The notes below the pieces were generated by a model. It was not told the DNA's origin. It made no database searches and saw only the letters and a list, made by a program, of their open reading frames with translations. From positions 806,001 to 870,000 of the forward strand of contig NW_025766814.1 of the NCBI RefSeq assembly GCF_003918875.1: a DNA stretch of 64,000 nt, given 5' to 3'. Made by a program: the position numbers and the translations under genes. The DNA is from Haliotis rubra. Its lineage: Eukaryota. Shown piece by piece: positions 25,501 through 37,661 of the stretch (its first letter is position 1; every line of letters begins with the position of its first letter).

Positions 25501-26110
25501 TCCTATAATGAAGCAAGTCTACATGTTCAGATTCAGAATATCCCATCTCATTCATCTTAATCATACCAGTTCCTCTGTCGACATATACACATTAACAGTG
25601 ACCAACAAATTAAGTAGCATTTCTCTCCTTAAGACTCCTAACATCTATTATTGGGTAATGAAAAGGCATCACTAACATTTATATTATATTCAATATTATC
25701 AACTCTCGTTTCTTCTGGTTACCTAGTTTACAGCTGAAACAACCTCTGACATATAAACAAAACCAATTTTCTTGATTATAGTTCAATTTTCCTCATAAAC
25801 GTTTGCCAAGGTAATGAAGTTCCATTGTGCAGATATGAAGGAAACTTGACAAGATATTTCAAATGCTGATGTTTGACATTTGATGGCTGAAACCAATTCA
25901 GGAAAGTATGTTCGATTAAGAGTTAAATGTCTCCTCATTGCAGTTATAGCTTATTGTTACTGGTGAAGTTTTAAAGGGTAACAAGGACAAACTTCAATAG
26001 GTGATTGACATTTGACTGAGGATCACCATCTTCTTTGTTGTAAGTGTAGTTTGTTTTGACATAGAAACTGGAAGTAGGTTTGTTCGTTCGTTTGTTCGTT
26101 CATTCATTTT

Positions 26111-26246
26111 CATCACGCCATAGACCTGGGTTAGATTCTCCACATGGGTAAAATGTGTGAAGCCCATTTCTGGTGTCCCCTGCTGTGATCTTACTAGAAT
26201 ATTGCTAAAAGCGGCATAAAACCAAACTCACTCACTCACTCACTCA
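26111..26246 (+). mobile_element. SINE-B, 5'-truncated, CACT tail
   Basis: catcacgcc..gacctgggtt..ccacatgggtaaaatgtgtgaagcccatttctggtgtcccc...(cact)n. Confidence 0.88.
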
Positions 26247-28405
26247 GAAGAACACCAGAAACCCCAAATGGACAAACATGAAGATACCTTTGAATGTTAA
26301 TTCTGGTTGTAAGAAAGTTTATCCGACAAATATAACATGAAATAATATTGGGATTAAAACAGTTAAAGATGTAAACATTTAATAATGAGGTCTTGCACAT
26401 GTACTGACTGAACATGATTTTACACTATTTCAACCCCTGGAGAGCCAAGCCATGATCTTTCAAGCAACTCTGGTGCTTTTCATGACACCTTCATCAATGG
26501 AACATCCAGGGAGTTCCTATTTTTTGTACCTTCACACATACAGCATGTTCTGCACAAAATCAATCTCGACACTTGCAACTTGTGGCAATTGTTTTGTTCT
26601 TGTAAATTCAATTTTAAAACCATGATTCATGATTGGGTATGACCAAATTCAGGAGAAGAAATGTCTGGTAAGCATCACCTTCATCACATTAGACTGATAT
26701 AAAACAGAATGTCTCTAAAACGTATTGTCTTGCAGATTCACATTCCCTTGTGCTTGGAGGCATGGGCTCCATTAAAACACATTAGTATCCTGTGATGTCA
26801 TTGTTTTTCACACTTCTTGCTACGCTTTGACTTAAAGTACGTGCTGAAGGACACAATGTACGATGGAAGGTAAATCAGGGTTTTCTTTCAGCTCGTTTAT
26901 CTTGCCAGCTTCGGTGTCATCGGAACCAATGATATCGATGCTGACATTAAAATGAAGATGCTTGTTTTCTTTTACAGTCAGATGAATTCCAGGAGTCAAA
27001 GAATGTGCTTTATGCCACTTTCAGCAATATTCAAACAATAACGCCAGAATTGCATCATCCAGGCATGGTTTAATCAAGGGAAGTCAACCCAAACTAACAG
27101 TCTGGCCAATCATTTCTCATTAAGGATATTTTACTGGAAAAAGGGTATAATTTTTTCTGATTTTTTTTCTAATTCAGTATGTTATTCATAACCTGCATTG
27201 TGACAAACATATTTGTACATTGTTTTGGCCTAAAGTGAATGAACAGAATTTGTTATTATCAACTTTAACATCCAAGTTTTATTATTGAAACAATAGCAAA
27301 GAAATTTGAATGAAGAAATTGTTCTAAGAGATGTCTTTGTTGGTATTACAATTTTACCCTTATATTGTAGAATATAAAAACATATTTTTTCAAAATAATT
27401 TGGCATCTAATAATGTCCAAAATATCTATTCATGAAACATTTTTGCTGAATATATAGAACATAATGTGTTAATATCTCATATCCTCTAGTTTTTTAAATG
27501 CACACATTGACACTGAGTCAAATACCTTCCCTGAATAGGAACTGAACTAAGTGAAAAAAATCACAGTTTGAGACCATCATAAATTTAGCATGATTTGGAG
27601 TAATGATTTCACACATGACAAAAATTGCAATTTGAGATTTGTGAAGTTATTGAATAAACATTTTGGGAAATTCAATTCCTTGGAATGCCTCGTAGTGAAA
27701 CACAAGGTGATTCTGGAACACTGCAATATACAAGCATCAGTATTTGCATAAACTCTTGGGAAATAATGCCTTCCACTTTATAGAAATCAATAACACCAGA
27801 ATATTTGAGGGAACAACGGAATGCAGACATGAAAATAACTGGTCTGGCTTTCCAAACCTGGACTTAATTTGTATATCTTTATATGGGGGACGGGAAGCAT
27901 AAAACGTGTGTGCTGTGGCAGCTTTTTACAGACTGGTGCTTATTTTACCATTTCCAACATGGGAATAATTCTGATTTCTCTTGTAATAAATGGTGCTTGA
28001 AGCATGGAAGAAAAAATCAACAGATCGTTTGTTTTCTTGAGGAAAACCATCACAAATGCATTTTGCAAGAATGTGAGTTTTTAGAAAGGTTATGAATACA
28101 TGGTATCTGAAGATTGTTTTTATTTATAGACCAGCATCTCCTGTAGTGAGCTGTGTTTGATGGATGCCATTTACACCTGCGTTTGACGTTTGATTAAAAC
28201 TTGTATGACCCACAGAGAATCATTCCGCAGAGCTTCAAGAGCAGAATCAGTTCCACATCCCTCGCTTATTGGAAGGGTGACACAAACAGAGATGAAGGTA
28301 ATCATGATGGCTATTGTGGACAGTGTTTGGCTATCTCTGAACAGGGAGTTGAGTTTAGCAACGCCTGAACATTACTTCGTATACTGTGTGAGCTGAATGT
28401 GGGAT

Positions 28406-28530
28406 GAGTGAGTGACTTAATTTGGTTCTACACTGCTTTTAGCAATGTCACAGCAATATCATGGTGAGGGATACCAGAAATGGTCTCCGCACATTGTATC
28501 CATGTGGGAATCAAACCGGTCTTCTTTAAC
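28406..28530 (-). mobile_element. SINE-B, truncated and diverged
   Basis: gagtgagtg..ctgcttttagcaat..gataccagaaatgg..cacattgtatccatgtggg. Confidence 0.8.
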
Positions 28531-30012
28531 CAATGTGGGATGAAGTGATGCAGGTTGATGTCCTTTCCTGCAGAGTTACATGCCTTTGTACTGGCAGGAT
28601 CTGCTAACTGAGTTTGAATCCTGATTAGCTGGATGATCTTAGGGTTATACCAAGGTCTAAGACTTGCATCACTTTGAGATTTCCTTTATTGGACATGCCA
28701 TAATACAACCGAAACACTTTTCAAATTTGTGTTGAACCCAACTCAATCATATATTCAATTGAATCAACAACAGCAATAACCAGTTCTTACTACTTATGAC
28801 TTTCATATGTCAATTTGTGAAATGAGCATTCACAATTTCAAATAAGTTTTTCAGATGACATAAATACTATATGCGAAAAAGTCATAGTTGCTTGGTAACA
28901 AGATCACGGATATAAGAATAATGAATAATCTATGGAACTCTATGAAAAAAAATAGAATACCTCTGTATTGAGATCTATAAATCTTCTCATACACAGGTGG
29001 CAGTGTGCCAAAAGGCTAATGCATCTACCAGTCACACAGACAATGCGGATTCACTTTCCACATGGGTGGAATGTGTGAAGTATATTCTTTGTGTCTCCTG
29101 CTGTGATAGAGTTGAAATATTAATGAAGATGCCATCCACCTTCATCAGCTCATTATCCTGTATACTCAGCGCCTTATTATATGACACCAAGGATTACTCA
29201 TCTGCCGGGGCCGTGCACTACGCCAGTATATGAACTAATGCTCATGTTGAAAAGTCCAAAGAATAAATGTTTAATTTATCATGCTAACAGGAATCTGTCA
29301 AGCTTTGAAGGAGTCAGCATGGGATTAGGTTCAAAGACGTGAAAAAATCATTTGCCACCGAGGGCCACCATTTGACTTGTTTGAAGAACTATCTTCTGAT
29401 GCAACAACAACCGAACTAACATTCAAACCTGGCCGATCAAACGGCAACAGCCATGTTGAAATCGACTTTGTCACTTCGAAATGTCTATCACTGTCAAGCA
29501 CCAGGGCAACTATGATCCGTCACCATGTGATACTTTCAAATCTCCCTAAATCAGATAATCTTGGTGAATCTTCGATGAATCACGTTTAACCACACAAGTC
29601 ACACGCCACTCAGACAAGGGAATCAGTGAACGTAAAGTGATAGGTTAATTAGTACATTCATTTGACCCTAGACTGAAGAGCAAGGACCATTTCCACGTCA
29701 TTAATTATTGACATACTTCATTCTTTGCTTCAACTTCAGAGTTGAGAGATCAGACACGGTATAGTTAAGATGGTTGATGATTTCCTGTCCCACGGGAGAT
29801 CGTAGACTATCCCCAGGTCAGTGTGGTCTTGTGGTCAATCTGTGATGCCCCTGATAGGGACAATTTCTATTAACTGTTCAGATAATTATTATACCAAGAC
29901 ACACGTTCCAAATCAGAGTTCCTTGTGGTCAAGAACAGCCCAGCAAGATGCAAAGATTTGCTATATCTTACTCAACAAATAAGACATGGTTTTTATTTAC
30001 ACATTCTTCCTC

Positions 30013-30252
30013 TTTGTTTGCTTGTTGTTTAACATCGCACACAGCAATATTTCATCTATATAGTGGCAGTATATAAATAATCAAGTCTTGACCAGACAAT
30101 CCAGTGATCAACAGTATGAACAGTGATCTAAGCAATTGGAATACGATGACATGTATCAACAAAATCAGCAAGCCTGACCTCCAATACCGTTAGCTGCCTC
30201 TGACAACAAGCATGGTTGCTGAACACCACTTCCAACTCAGATCTTCACGGGT
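30013..30252 (-). mobile_element. SINE-A, diverged; its 5' end and flank are the source of the 18.1-kb insert
   Basis: Body match; ends gatcttcacgggt. Confidence 0.88.
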
Positions 30253-30512
30253 GTGATACCACACAGACCAACTACACACCTTTATACTACAACACCTTTT
30301 TCTATCCCTTCATTAACTGCATTACCCTCTGGTAAATATTCCAGACAGACAGAGTCACAATAGTTGTATAGAGAAGAACAGTCTTGGTGGCAGACGATGC
30401 AGATAGAGCTCTATAACCAGACCGCACGTTTGTTATGTCTGTTCATTAACACTGGTCTGAGTCAAATAGCCAAAAGGTGAGCATTGTGAATGAAAAATGC
30501 AAAGTTTATACT
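30204..30512 (+). repeat. Dispersed near-identical duplication, copy 2 (partner 18117-18430)
   Basis: Direct comparison. Confidence 0.97.
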
Positions 30513-31044
30513 GATAGGGTTATGTCTGGTTTGGATTAATTGTACTGTAGCTCGTTTCCAGACAGGAACAACAAAAGAAAGCATAGTTAATTAACACCAA
30601 TTCCCTAAATACAGTTGATCACACATTAAGAAGGAAGTTGTTTTCCTCAGCATTCACGACATCCATCAATTTCATCTTAAATTGTTTTGCCTGCTCATGT
30701 TTCAGTGTAATTTGATTGTTGTAGTACAAAATAAATCTCATGAATTCAATCACTTAGTCTCCAGAAGAGCCTAATTGTTGTTACACATTAAAAAAACATG
30801 TCGATGCCAGACATAATCAGACCTGATTATGTGTCCAGACAGATTTTACTGGAGTAAAAAACAAAAGCACAGAGAAAATGTTTGAATGGATTACTGGAGA
30901 TCAGTGATGACACCAGGTGTTCATTAATAGTGTAAACATGTCCAGTCATATAAGTTACACAGATGAAGAAATGTGGATAAAAAGTAAGAATTGTTTCATC
31001 ATCTCAGGGAAAACATTTTTTTAGTGATAAGGGATGAAGGATAC

Positions 31045-31289
31045 GTTGGTTGGTTGGTTTAATGCAGCACTCAGCAATATATATTCCAGCTATATGGCGG
31101 CAGTCTGTAAATAACCAAGTCTGGACCAGACAATCCAGTGTTCCTCAGCATGAGCATCATTCTACGCAAATGGGAACCGATGACATATGTCAACCAAGTC
31201 AGCGAGCCTGACCACCAGATCTTGTTAGTTGCCTCTTAAGACAAGCATGGGTTACTGAAGATCAATTCTAACCTGGATCTTCACAGGTC
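31045..31289 (-). mobile_element. SINE-A, full length, (CCAA)n tail
   Basis: Full body; 5' end gacctgtgaagatccaggttagaattgatcttcagtaaccc. Confidence 0.94.
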
Positions 31290-31466
31290 TTTCAATGTCG
31301 GAAAGTTACATCCTTCAATTTCTGATTTAGATGTTAGGTGTTATAATGAATTTGATCATGAAGTCATTATAATTTTATCAAGACATCTTAAATTTTGTTT
31401 TTTCACGTGTAAGAATACATAGTTGCACCAAGTGTCAATATTTAGTGCTAAAGAAACCTAATTATT

Positions 31467-31629
31467 CATGGGCAGATCCAGGAATTTGAAAAGAGGGGGT
31501 TCAGGTGATTCGTACCCCCTGAACCCCCCATTTGCTCCGCCAACGCAAAAAAACAATCTTCAATGTGATCTTAAGTCAATTTCAAAAGGGGGGTGTTCGA
31601 ACCCCCCCCCCCCTCTGGATCCGCCACTG
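31467..31629. mobile_element. hAT-type MITE (~163 bp)
   Basis: TIRs catgggcagatccag / ctggatccgccactg; G/C-run internal hairpins; degenerate 8-bp TSD taattatt / ttattgtt. Confidence 0.8.
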
Positions 31630-33084
31630 TTATTGTTTCTTATACCAAACTGTTTCTCATTAGTTGTGTTAACAGTGACCCTCAAAGGAAACAAACTTAG
31701 AAATTATATAAAAAAACCCCTTTAAATTGCATCATTTATCTGTGAGCTTGATGACCCAAGGCTCATTTACCTAGCTTATTTGTCTGTTTGTGAAAAGTCC
31801 TTCTTGTCAAGTGGACATTGTGTTCACAGATCACTGATGAATGTTGTAAAATTGCCATGACGCAAGCTTCATATCTGTATGTAGTGTTAGTTTAGGATAT
31901 ATGACAGAGCGGACTTTAGGATTTCATCTTCTAAATTCTATCTGAATCTCATGATCATAATTATCATAATAATACTGTATTATCACAGAAACATTCCAAA
32001 GCATGGGCAGAAGCACTTCTCCTAAAACTTTAACTCAACAGTTTCACTCCAATGAAGAATTTCACCAAACTGCAAATGTTGTGATGTATATATCAAAACT
32101 CTCAATTCAAAATTCAAATTTAGTGCCTTCAATTCTAAGATCACAGTTCTATGTCTTGTATCAAGTATTTTCAATCAAAATAATAAAAAACGTTGAAAAT
32201 AACACTCCTGTCGATGTATATTTTCTTTGATGCTAAGATCTGAAGATATACGCTTCCACTAAAATACTTCAGCTTAAGTATACCCAAAAGATTTCAAATC
32301 AATACCAACTTTATTTAATTTTCCTAACCAAACAGTCATGACAAGATCAGCTCGTATACTGATGGTCTTCCTGAAAAGCCCTTAATGAGTAAATATACAC
32401 CCATGGAAATTTCCCCTAACTGTGCAACTGAAAAGCAAGAATCATGAATTTCAATGATTTGTCTGTAAATTGAGTAATAGATTCCTGCAGCTCTCTACTG
32501 TCACAGAGTAAACACCATGTGCACTGACCGTTATCAAGTTACAAGAGGGTCAACTGTACCATTGACTTTCTCATTACATCAATGGTGGCTGATTGTCTTG
32601 AAGCCTTGAGCTTGGCCAGACATCTTCTGTGGGTTAAAGACAACCGTTAGGGGCATGGCATTTCCTTCATGAGGAGATGCTGACTTCTCGAGCACCTCCT
32701 CGGGGCTTTTTCTTTTCAGAATGAGCGAGTAGTTTAGAGTACATATGTACTTCAAGTGGAAGAAAATGTATATTGAAAGAATTTCATTCAAAATGGAAGA
32801 AGTCATACTTGTGTAACATCTTCTGACATTTTTGTCTGACATTATATGATTATGTCTTTCAAATGAGGGTCTGTGTAGACAATTCTGACTTATCTGTTCA
32901 ATGGAATCGGTTTTGGAGGAATCAAGACTGGTTATTCTCTGGAGACTTTTTTCCATTTTAATGCTGTGTTCTTGGCACGGCAGGATCATGATGATGTATC
33001 CATAGTCAGTATCATAATCATACATTTACTTTTCCAGAACACAGACAGGGACATAGTAAGGTATTATCAGTCTCTAATGATGTA

Positions 33085-33432
33085 GGGGTGGTGAGGTAGC
33101 CTAGCGGTTAAAGCGTTCACTCATCACGCTGAAGACCCGTGTAACAGGCCAATCTTTCCCCCTGGCCAAACCTTCCCCGGGGAAACTTTAGCCTAGGCCA
33201 AACCAACCCCAGGGTAAGAATAACCCAGGACAAAACCTCCCCGGGGAAAGTTTGGCCTAGGTCAGATTCTCCCCAGGGAAAGTTCAGACCAGGGAAGAAA
33301 TGGCCTGCTTCACCGGGTTCGATTGCCCACATGGGTACAATGTGTGAGGCCTATTTCTGGTGTCCCCTGCTGTGATATTGCTGGAATATTGCTCAAAACA
33401 GGCGTAAAACCATACTCACTTACTCACTCACA
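33085..33432 (+). mobile_element. SINE-B split by a nested MITE
   Basis: Head ggtagcctagcggttaaagcgttc..gaagacccg, then the insert, then ccgggttcgattgcccacatggg; TSD ctaatg(a/g)tgta. Confidence 0.93.
33140..33312. mobile_element. Palindromic MITE, Ginger1-like (TGT terminus, CCGG target)
   Basis: TIRs tgtaacaggcca / tggcctgcttca; flanked by ccg and ccgg; internal palindromes ttccccggggaa and gcctaggc. Confidence 0.75.
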
Positions 33433-36400
33433 CTAATGGTGTATATATATACTTGGCTTTGGTGTTTTTTATTCCAATGACAGGTTACACAGAAGAGCTT
33501 TATATGAAATTGCCTGTGACAATCCAAACCATCATTGAAATCAACCAGATTTTCCTCCCAGTATTTCATATTTTTCAACCATTGACAGCAACCATTTCTC
33601 AATGTATGTGTCCAAGGCTTATGAAAACCAGACTAATTTGTCTGAATATTCTTGAATGATCTTATGAAAGACAAATCATTCCTTTAGGTCAGACCAATTA
33701 TAATTTTTGTTTTATAGATTATTGTCCTCAGAAAACCTAAAGGCAGGAGGGAAAATAATAATAGAAAAAATCACCAGTTAAAGCAAAAACCCACATGAGT
33801 TTGCATGTTAATTCTTTTGGTTTGTTTATATCAACTAAAAATAAGTTGTGTCAGTTTAGGTTTCACACTGATTTCAAAAGTATTTCACATATATCACATT
33901 ACCACCCTAGAAATCAGTGTACATGTACTGCTGAAAAGTCGTCTTTATCTTCTCAAATAACATAAGTATGAAAATCCATTTTCCTATGGACAACTCTACA
34001 CCTTACACTTCAACTAAAATCAGCAGTATTCAGACACCAGGCGTTCATAATGCTTAATACAGTTTAATATTTCTCATTAAATTGGCTCTACATTGCCCTT
34101 ACTCAATAAACCATTTCACTGAATTCTCTTATGTGATATTTCAGAAGATATTTAGCTTAGCTAATGTGTAATAGGATAAAATTTTATCTGGAAAATCATC
34201 AGGTCTTGATTTCTTCATTTAGGAAAATTAATTTCATTTCAGTGACTCTGAAGTTTATATTAAAGTTCTGTAATCAATCTTTCAATCAATCAAATTTGAA
34301 ATAAAATGAAAAAACCTTATCTACATCAACAAGAAATCTCTGTTGAAAGCCAAGTAAAATGTACAATTTCCACTCATGTCTAACATTTTGAAAGCTATAC
34401 TCGTGCCTTGAAAGTTGTAACCTTGATAGAACAACTTCTATGAACAATCAGCATGATGGTCTTTGAAATCTTGGGAAAAAGAGCCTGCACAATTGTGCTT
34501 CAAAAGTTGTGAAATGTAAACACACAGGGCTGTATCTGTAAGAATATTGCTTGACAAGTTGACTACGGTAAAGTAGAACACATCGACATGAAGGGAAGTC
34601 AACTATTGGAAAGTAGAAAACATCCCTTTTGTCAGACAGTATTGTGAAGAATTTTTGTCATGCTGAAACGTTATGTATTGATCACATAATATCACACAAA
34701 AATTCCAAAACAAAGTCATTATATTTTTCACAGAGGATTTTATACACAACACTAGAAACACTTGTCAATAAGTCTGAATTGATTGACGCAGCTGTCTTTG
34801 GGGTTATTTTCATATGAATGAGACATATGTTCTTATTCAAAACAAATGTTTTTTCTTAAACCCTATATAGAATCTATAATGGACATTACAAACGCCTAAT
34901 AAAATACATTTTAAAAACATTTATTGAATGTTATTTATACAACATAAACATTATTCATGATGGCTCAGTTTTATAAAATATCTTATTTTTGATTGTTCAA
35001 TATCGTTGCAATATCTGGATTTTACCAAAGTGGCAATCTGGTAGGGTCTTCAATCCTACGGTGGTTCAGCCTTCAAGAATGACAGACTGTTCTTTAGCAG
35101 AGATGGATGCAGATTGTAATTATGAAAGAACTGTTATGAATAATGTAAGACCCCACAAAATAGGTTTCATGGATTCTGGTATTAGTATGCTACAAAGGTG
35201 AAATGTCTAGACTTGAGTGCTGGACTGGCTAGACGCGTACAGCTCAGAAGCATTGGGAGACAATATTAAATCTAACACTCCCTCGGTCTCAATCAATCTC
35301 AAGATCTTACTCAAGATCCCCAAATATGAGAAGCCTTGTCAAGAGTATCTTATTTATCTGATCAGAATATACCAACTCATTACCAGATAGGTCCAATCCA
35401 TATGCCTCTTAATATAGCTTGTGAGCATTTGGTGCATTTTGGATCTCGCTGGATCCGAAATCACAACAAACACTTTGGCAAAATTTCTGATGTTGATTAC
35501 ATGTTCTATGAGTCACTGGAATGCTGTATTGATTCAGTATACATTATGTATAAAGCAATTCAATATTTGAAAATAATAAATCATCAAACCTATACAAACA
35601 TACAAATGATTCTTCCCAAGCCATTAATCATATTATATCTCAGTTGACATCTACGAAGACCATAAAAATAGCGATAACTTTTACGCCAGACCCAATCGTC
35701 TGACAACAAACCTACAATCCCCTTGGATGTGGTAATGATATGAATCTTGGTAAATGATAAAGAATCTATACATGGAGACTGTAGATCCAAATAAAGGTCT
35801 TAGAGCTAACACAGGAATTGTAATATATTGAAAATCAATCTCAGACATCAGATCAGAGCCAGACACTTGTATGAAGCTGGGCGACTTAATTGTGTTATAC
35901 CACTGAGACAAGTTGTTGATGTTGTAGCAAGTCTCATTGAAACCATGTCCAGTCTCTTGTCGCCAAAGGTATGCCAAGAATCAAATTATTTCAAGGGTTA
36001 TTCTTTTAGGTTGTAAGTATAGCACAGGGGATCAATACTGTCTGTGTTTAAATTTATGTGGATGTGTGGCCATATCAGCTTATACACACAGACCTACACA
36101 TCCTAATTGGTGCAATGTAAATACCAGTTTTGGATACAGCATTAATATGAGGATGCCATTACATGAACCAGCGTTCGAAACACCTGCCTGCCAGATTCTC
36201 AAATTCACCTGCCCGATGGTCAGGGTAAAATGTAGACATGTATATGGAGATATTTTGTGGGCAGGTAAGTTTTGGTCAGGGCTGGCAAGTTTTACATCTA
36301 CCCAGCCCTGTTGTCACGTCGAGATTTTGGGAGTTTCATACTCTGGCATAGTTTTACATCTATAACTTGTATCATCCTAAACTTTTATCCAGACCTGTTG

Positions 36401-36467
36401 TCACATCGAGCTTTTATCATAGTCCCTACATCACTTTTAGCTTTCATTCAACCCTGCATGAATTTGT

Positions 36468-36716
36468 ACCCGTGAAGATCCGGGTTAGAATGTGCCTTCA
36501 GTAACCCATCCTTGTCGTAAGAGGCGACCTACGGGATTGTGTGGTCAGGCTTGCTGACTTGGTTGACACATGTCATCGGTTCCTTATTGTGCAGATTGAT
36601 GCTCATGCTGTTGATCACTGGATTGTCTGGTCCAGACTCGATTATCTACAGACTGCCGCCATATAGCTGGAATATGGCTGAGTGCGGCGTAAAACTAAAC
36701 TCACTCACTTACTCAA
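36468..36716 (+). mobile_element. SINE-A, full length
   Basis: TSD tgcat(g/a)aatttg at 36455-36466 and 36717-36728. Confidence 0.95.
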
Positions 36717-36783
36717 TGCATAAATTTGAGACCTTATCCAACCCTACATCACCTCAAGCTTTTATCCAACACTGAATTGAAAT

Positions 36784-36982
36784 TTCTTTGATTGGCATTC
36801 TAGAAGTTGAGGAAATGAACATGAGGCAACGTTTCGACATAGATTCTAATGTTGTTGTCAAGCAAGTGGTGGTCACCAATATTGATCACCACTTGCTTGA
36901 CAATGACATTAGAATCTATGTCGAAACATCACTTATACAGAACAAAGAAGTTGTATATCCATAAAAATTGTCTTCATCTTCA
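36784..36982. mobile_element. Penelope-like element remnant: inverted pair of hammerhead-bearing ends bounded by a 13-bp TSD
   Basis: TSD actgaattgaaat at 36771-36783 and 36983-36995; inverted arms 36826-36869 and 36889-36932. Confidence 0.7.
36889..36932 (+). ncRNA. Minimal type I hammerhead ribozyme motif (U3/A8 variant), decayed
   Basis: ccacttgc-TTGACAA-t-GACAT tagaatct ATGTC-GAAAC-atc; a mirror copy is on the minus strand at 36826-36869. Confidence 0.55.
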
Positions 36983-37314
36983 ACTGAATTGAAATGCTGG
37001 GATATAGCAAAACCTATTTTCAAAGCATAAATTCACTGACAGAAAACACACATTCTCTTATCTGTGACCAATATCATTTTCCACGTTATGTGTTGTCATG
37101 CGTATCTCTTAATAACCACACCAGGTTCAGGTTCAGAGCGGGCCAAGTCATTAAAGGTATGCCTGGTTACTTCCAGTAATGAACAGACCATGATAATGTT
37201 TCTGTTAGAGATGAATGGTCACCAATATTGATCAAGGCTTGAACTGTTGATTATTTTAAACTGTCACTCTTTGGAAGTTCATGTTCCAGACCCTGTTCTT
37301 CCTCTACCATCAAG

Positions 37315-37484
37315 GGGGCGGTGGGGTAGTCTAGTGGTTAAAGCGTTGGCTCGTCACGCCGAAGACCCGGGTTCGAATCCCCACATGGGTACATTGTGTG
37401 AAGCCCATTTCTGGTCTCCCCCGCCGTGATGTTGCTGGAATATTGCTAAAAGCGGCGTAAAACCAAACTCAGTCAGTCAGTCAG
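37315..37484 (+). mobile_element. SINE-B, full length, young, CAGT-tail subfamily
   Basis: A box tagtctagtgg; GTC anticodon-like gctcgtcacgcc; B box ggttcgaatcc; perfect 12-bp TSD tctaccatcaag at 37303-37314 and 37485-37496. Confidence 0.97.
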
Positions 37485-37542
37485 TCTACCATCAAGTGCC
37501 TGTTTATCATCATTATATACCTGCACAGCTTCCATCCTGGGT

Positions 37543-37661
37543 GGGCTGTGGGCTAGCCAAGTGGTTAAAGCTCTGGCTTGTCACACCAAAGACCCGGGTT
37601 CGAGTCCCCACATGGGTACAATGTGTGAAGCCCATTTCTGGTGTCCCCCGCCATGAGATTG
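37543..37661 (+). mobile_element. SINE-B lacking its 3' tail
   Basis: ggctagccaagtggttaaag...gacccgggttcgagtccccacatgggtacaatgtgtgaagcccatttctggtgtcccccgcc. Confidence 0.88.

Noticed and set aside
30905-30965. Box C (TGATGA) snoRNA reading of the four-copy motif
   Set aside because: No conserved box D (CTGA) or terminal stem in the copies.
32579-33025. 148-aa non-repetitive minus-strand ORF
   Set aside because: No recognisable domain or splice support; length alone is insufficient in 64 kb. BLASTP would settle it.
37315-37390. tRNA-Asp-like cloverleaf with GTC anticodon
   Set aside because: The acceptor and anticodon stems are imperfect, and it continues into the SINE body and tail within a TSD; a SINE head, not a tRNA gene.
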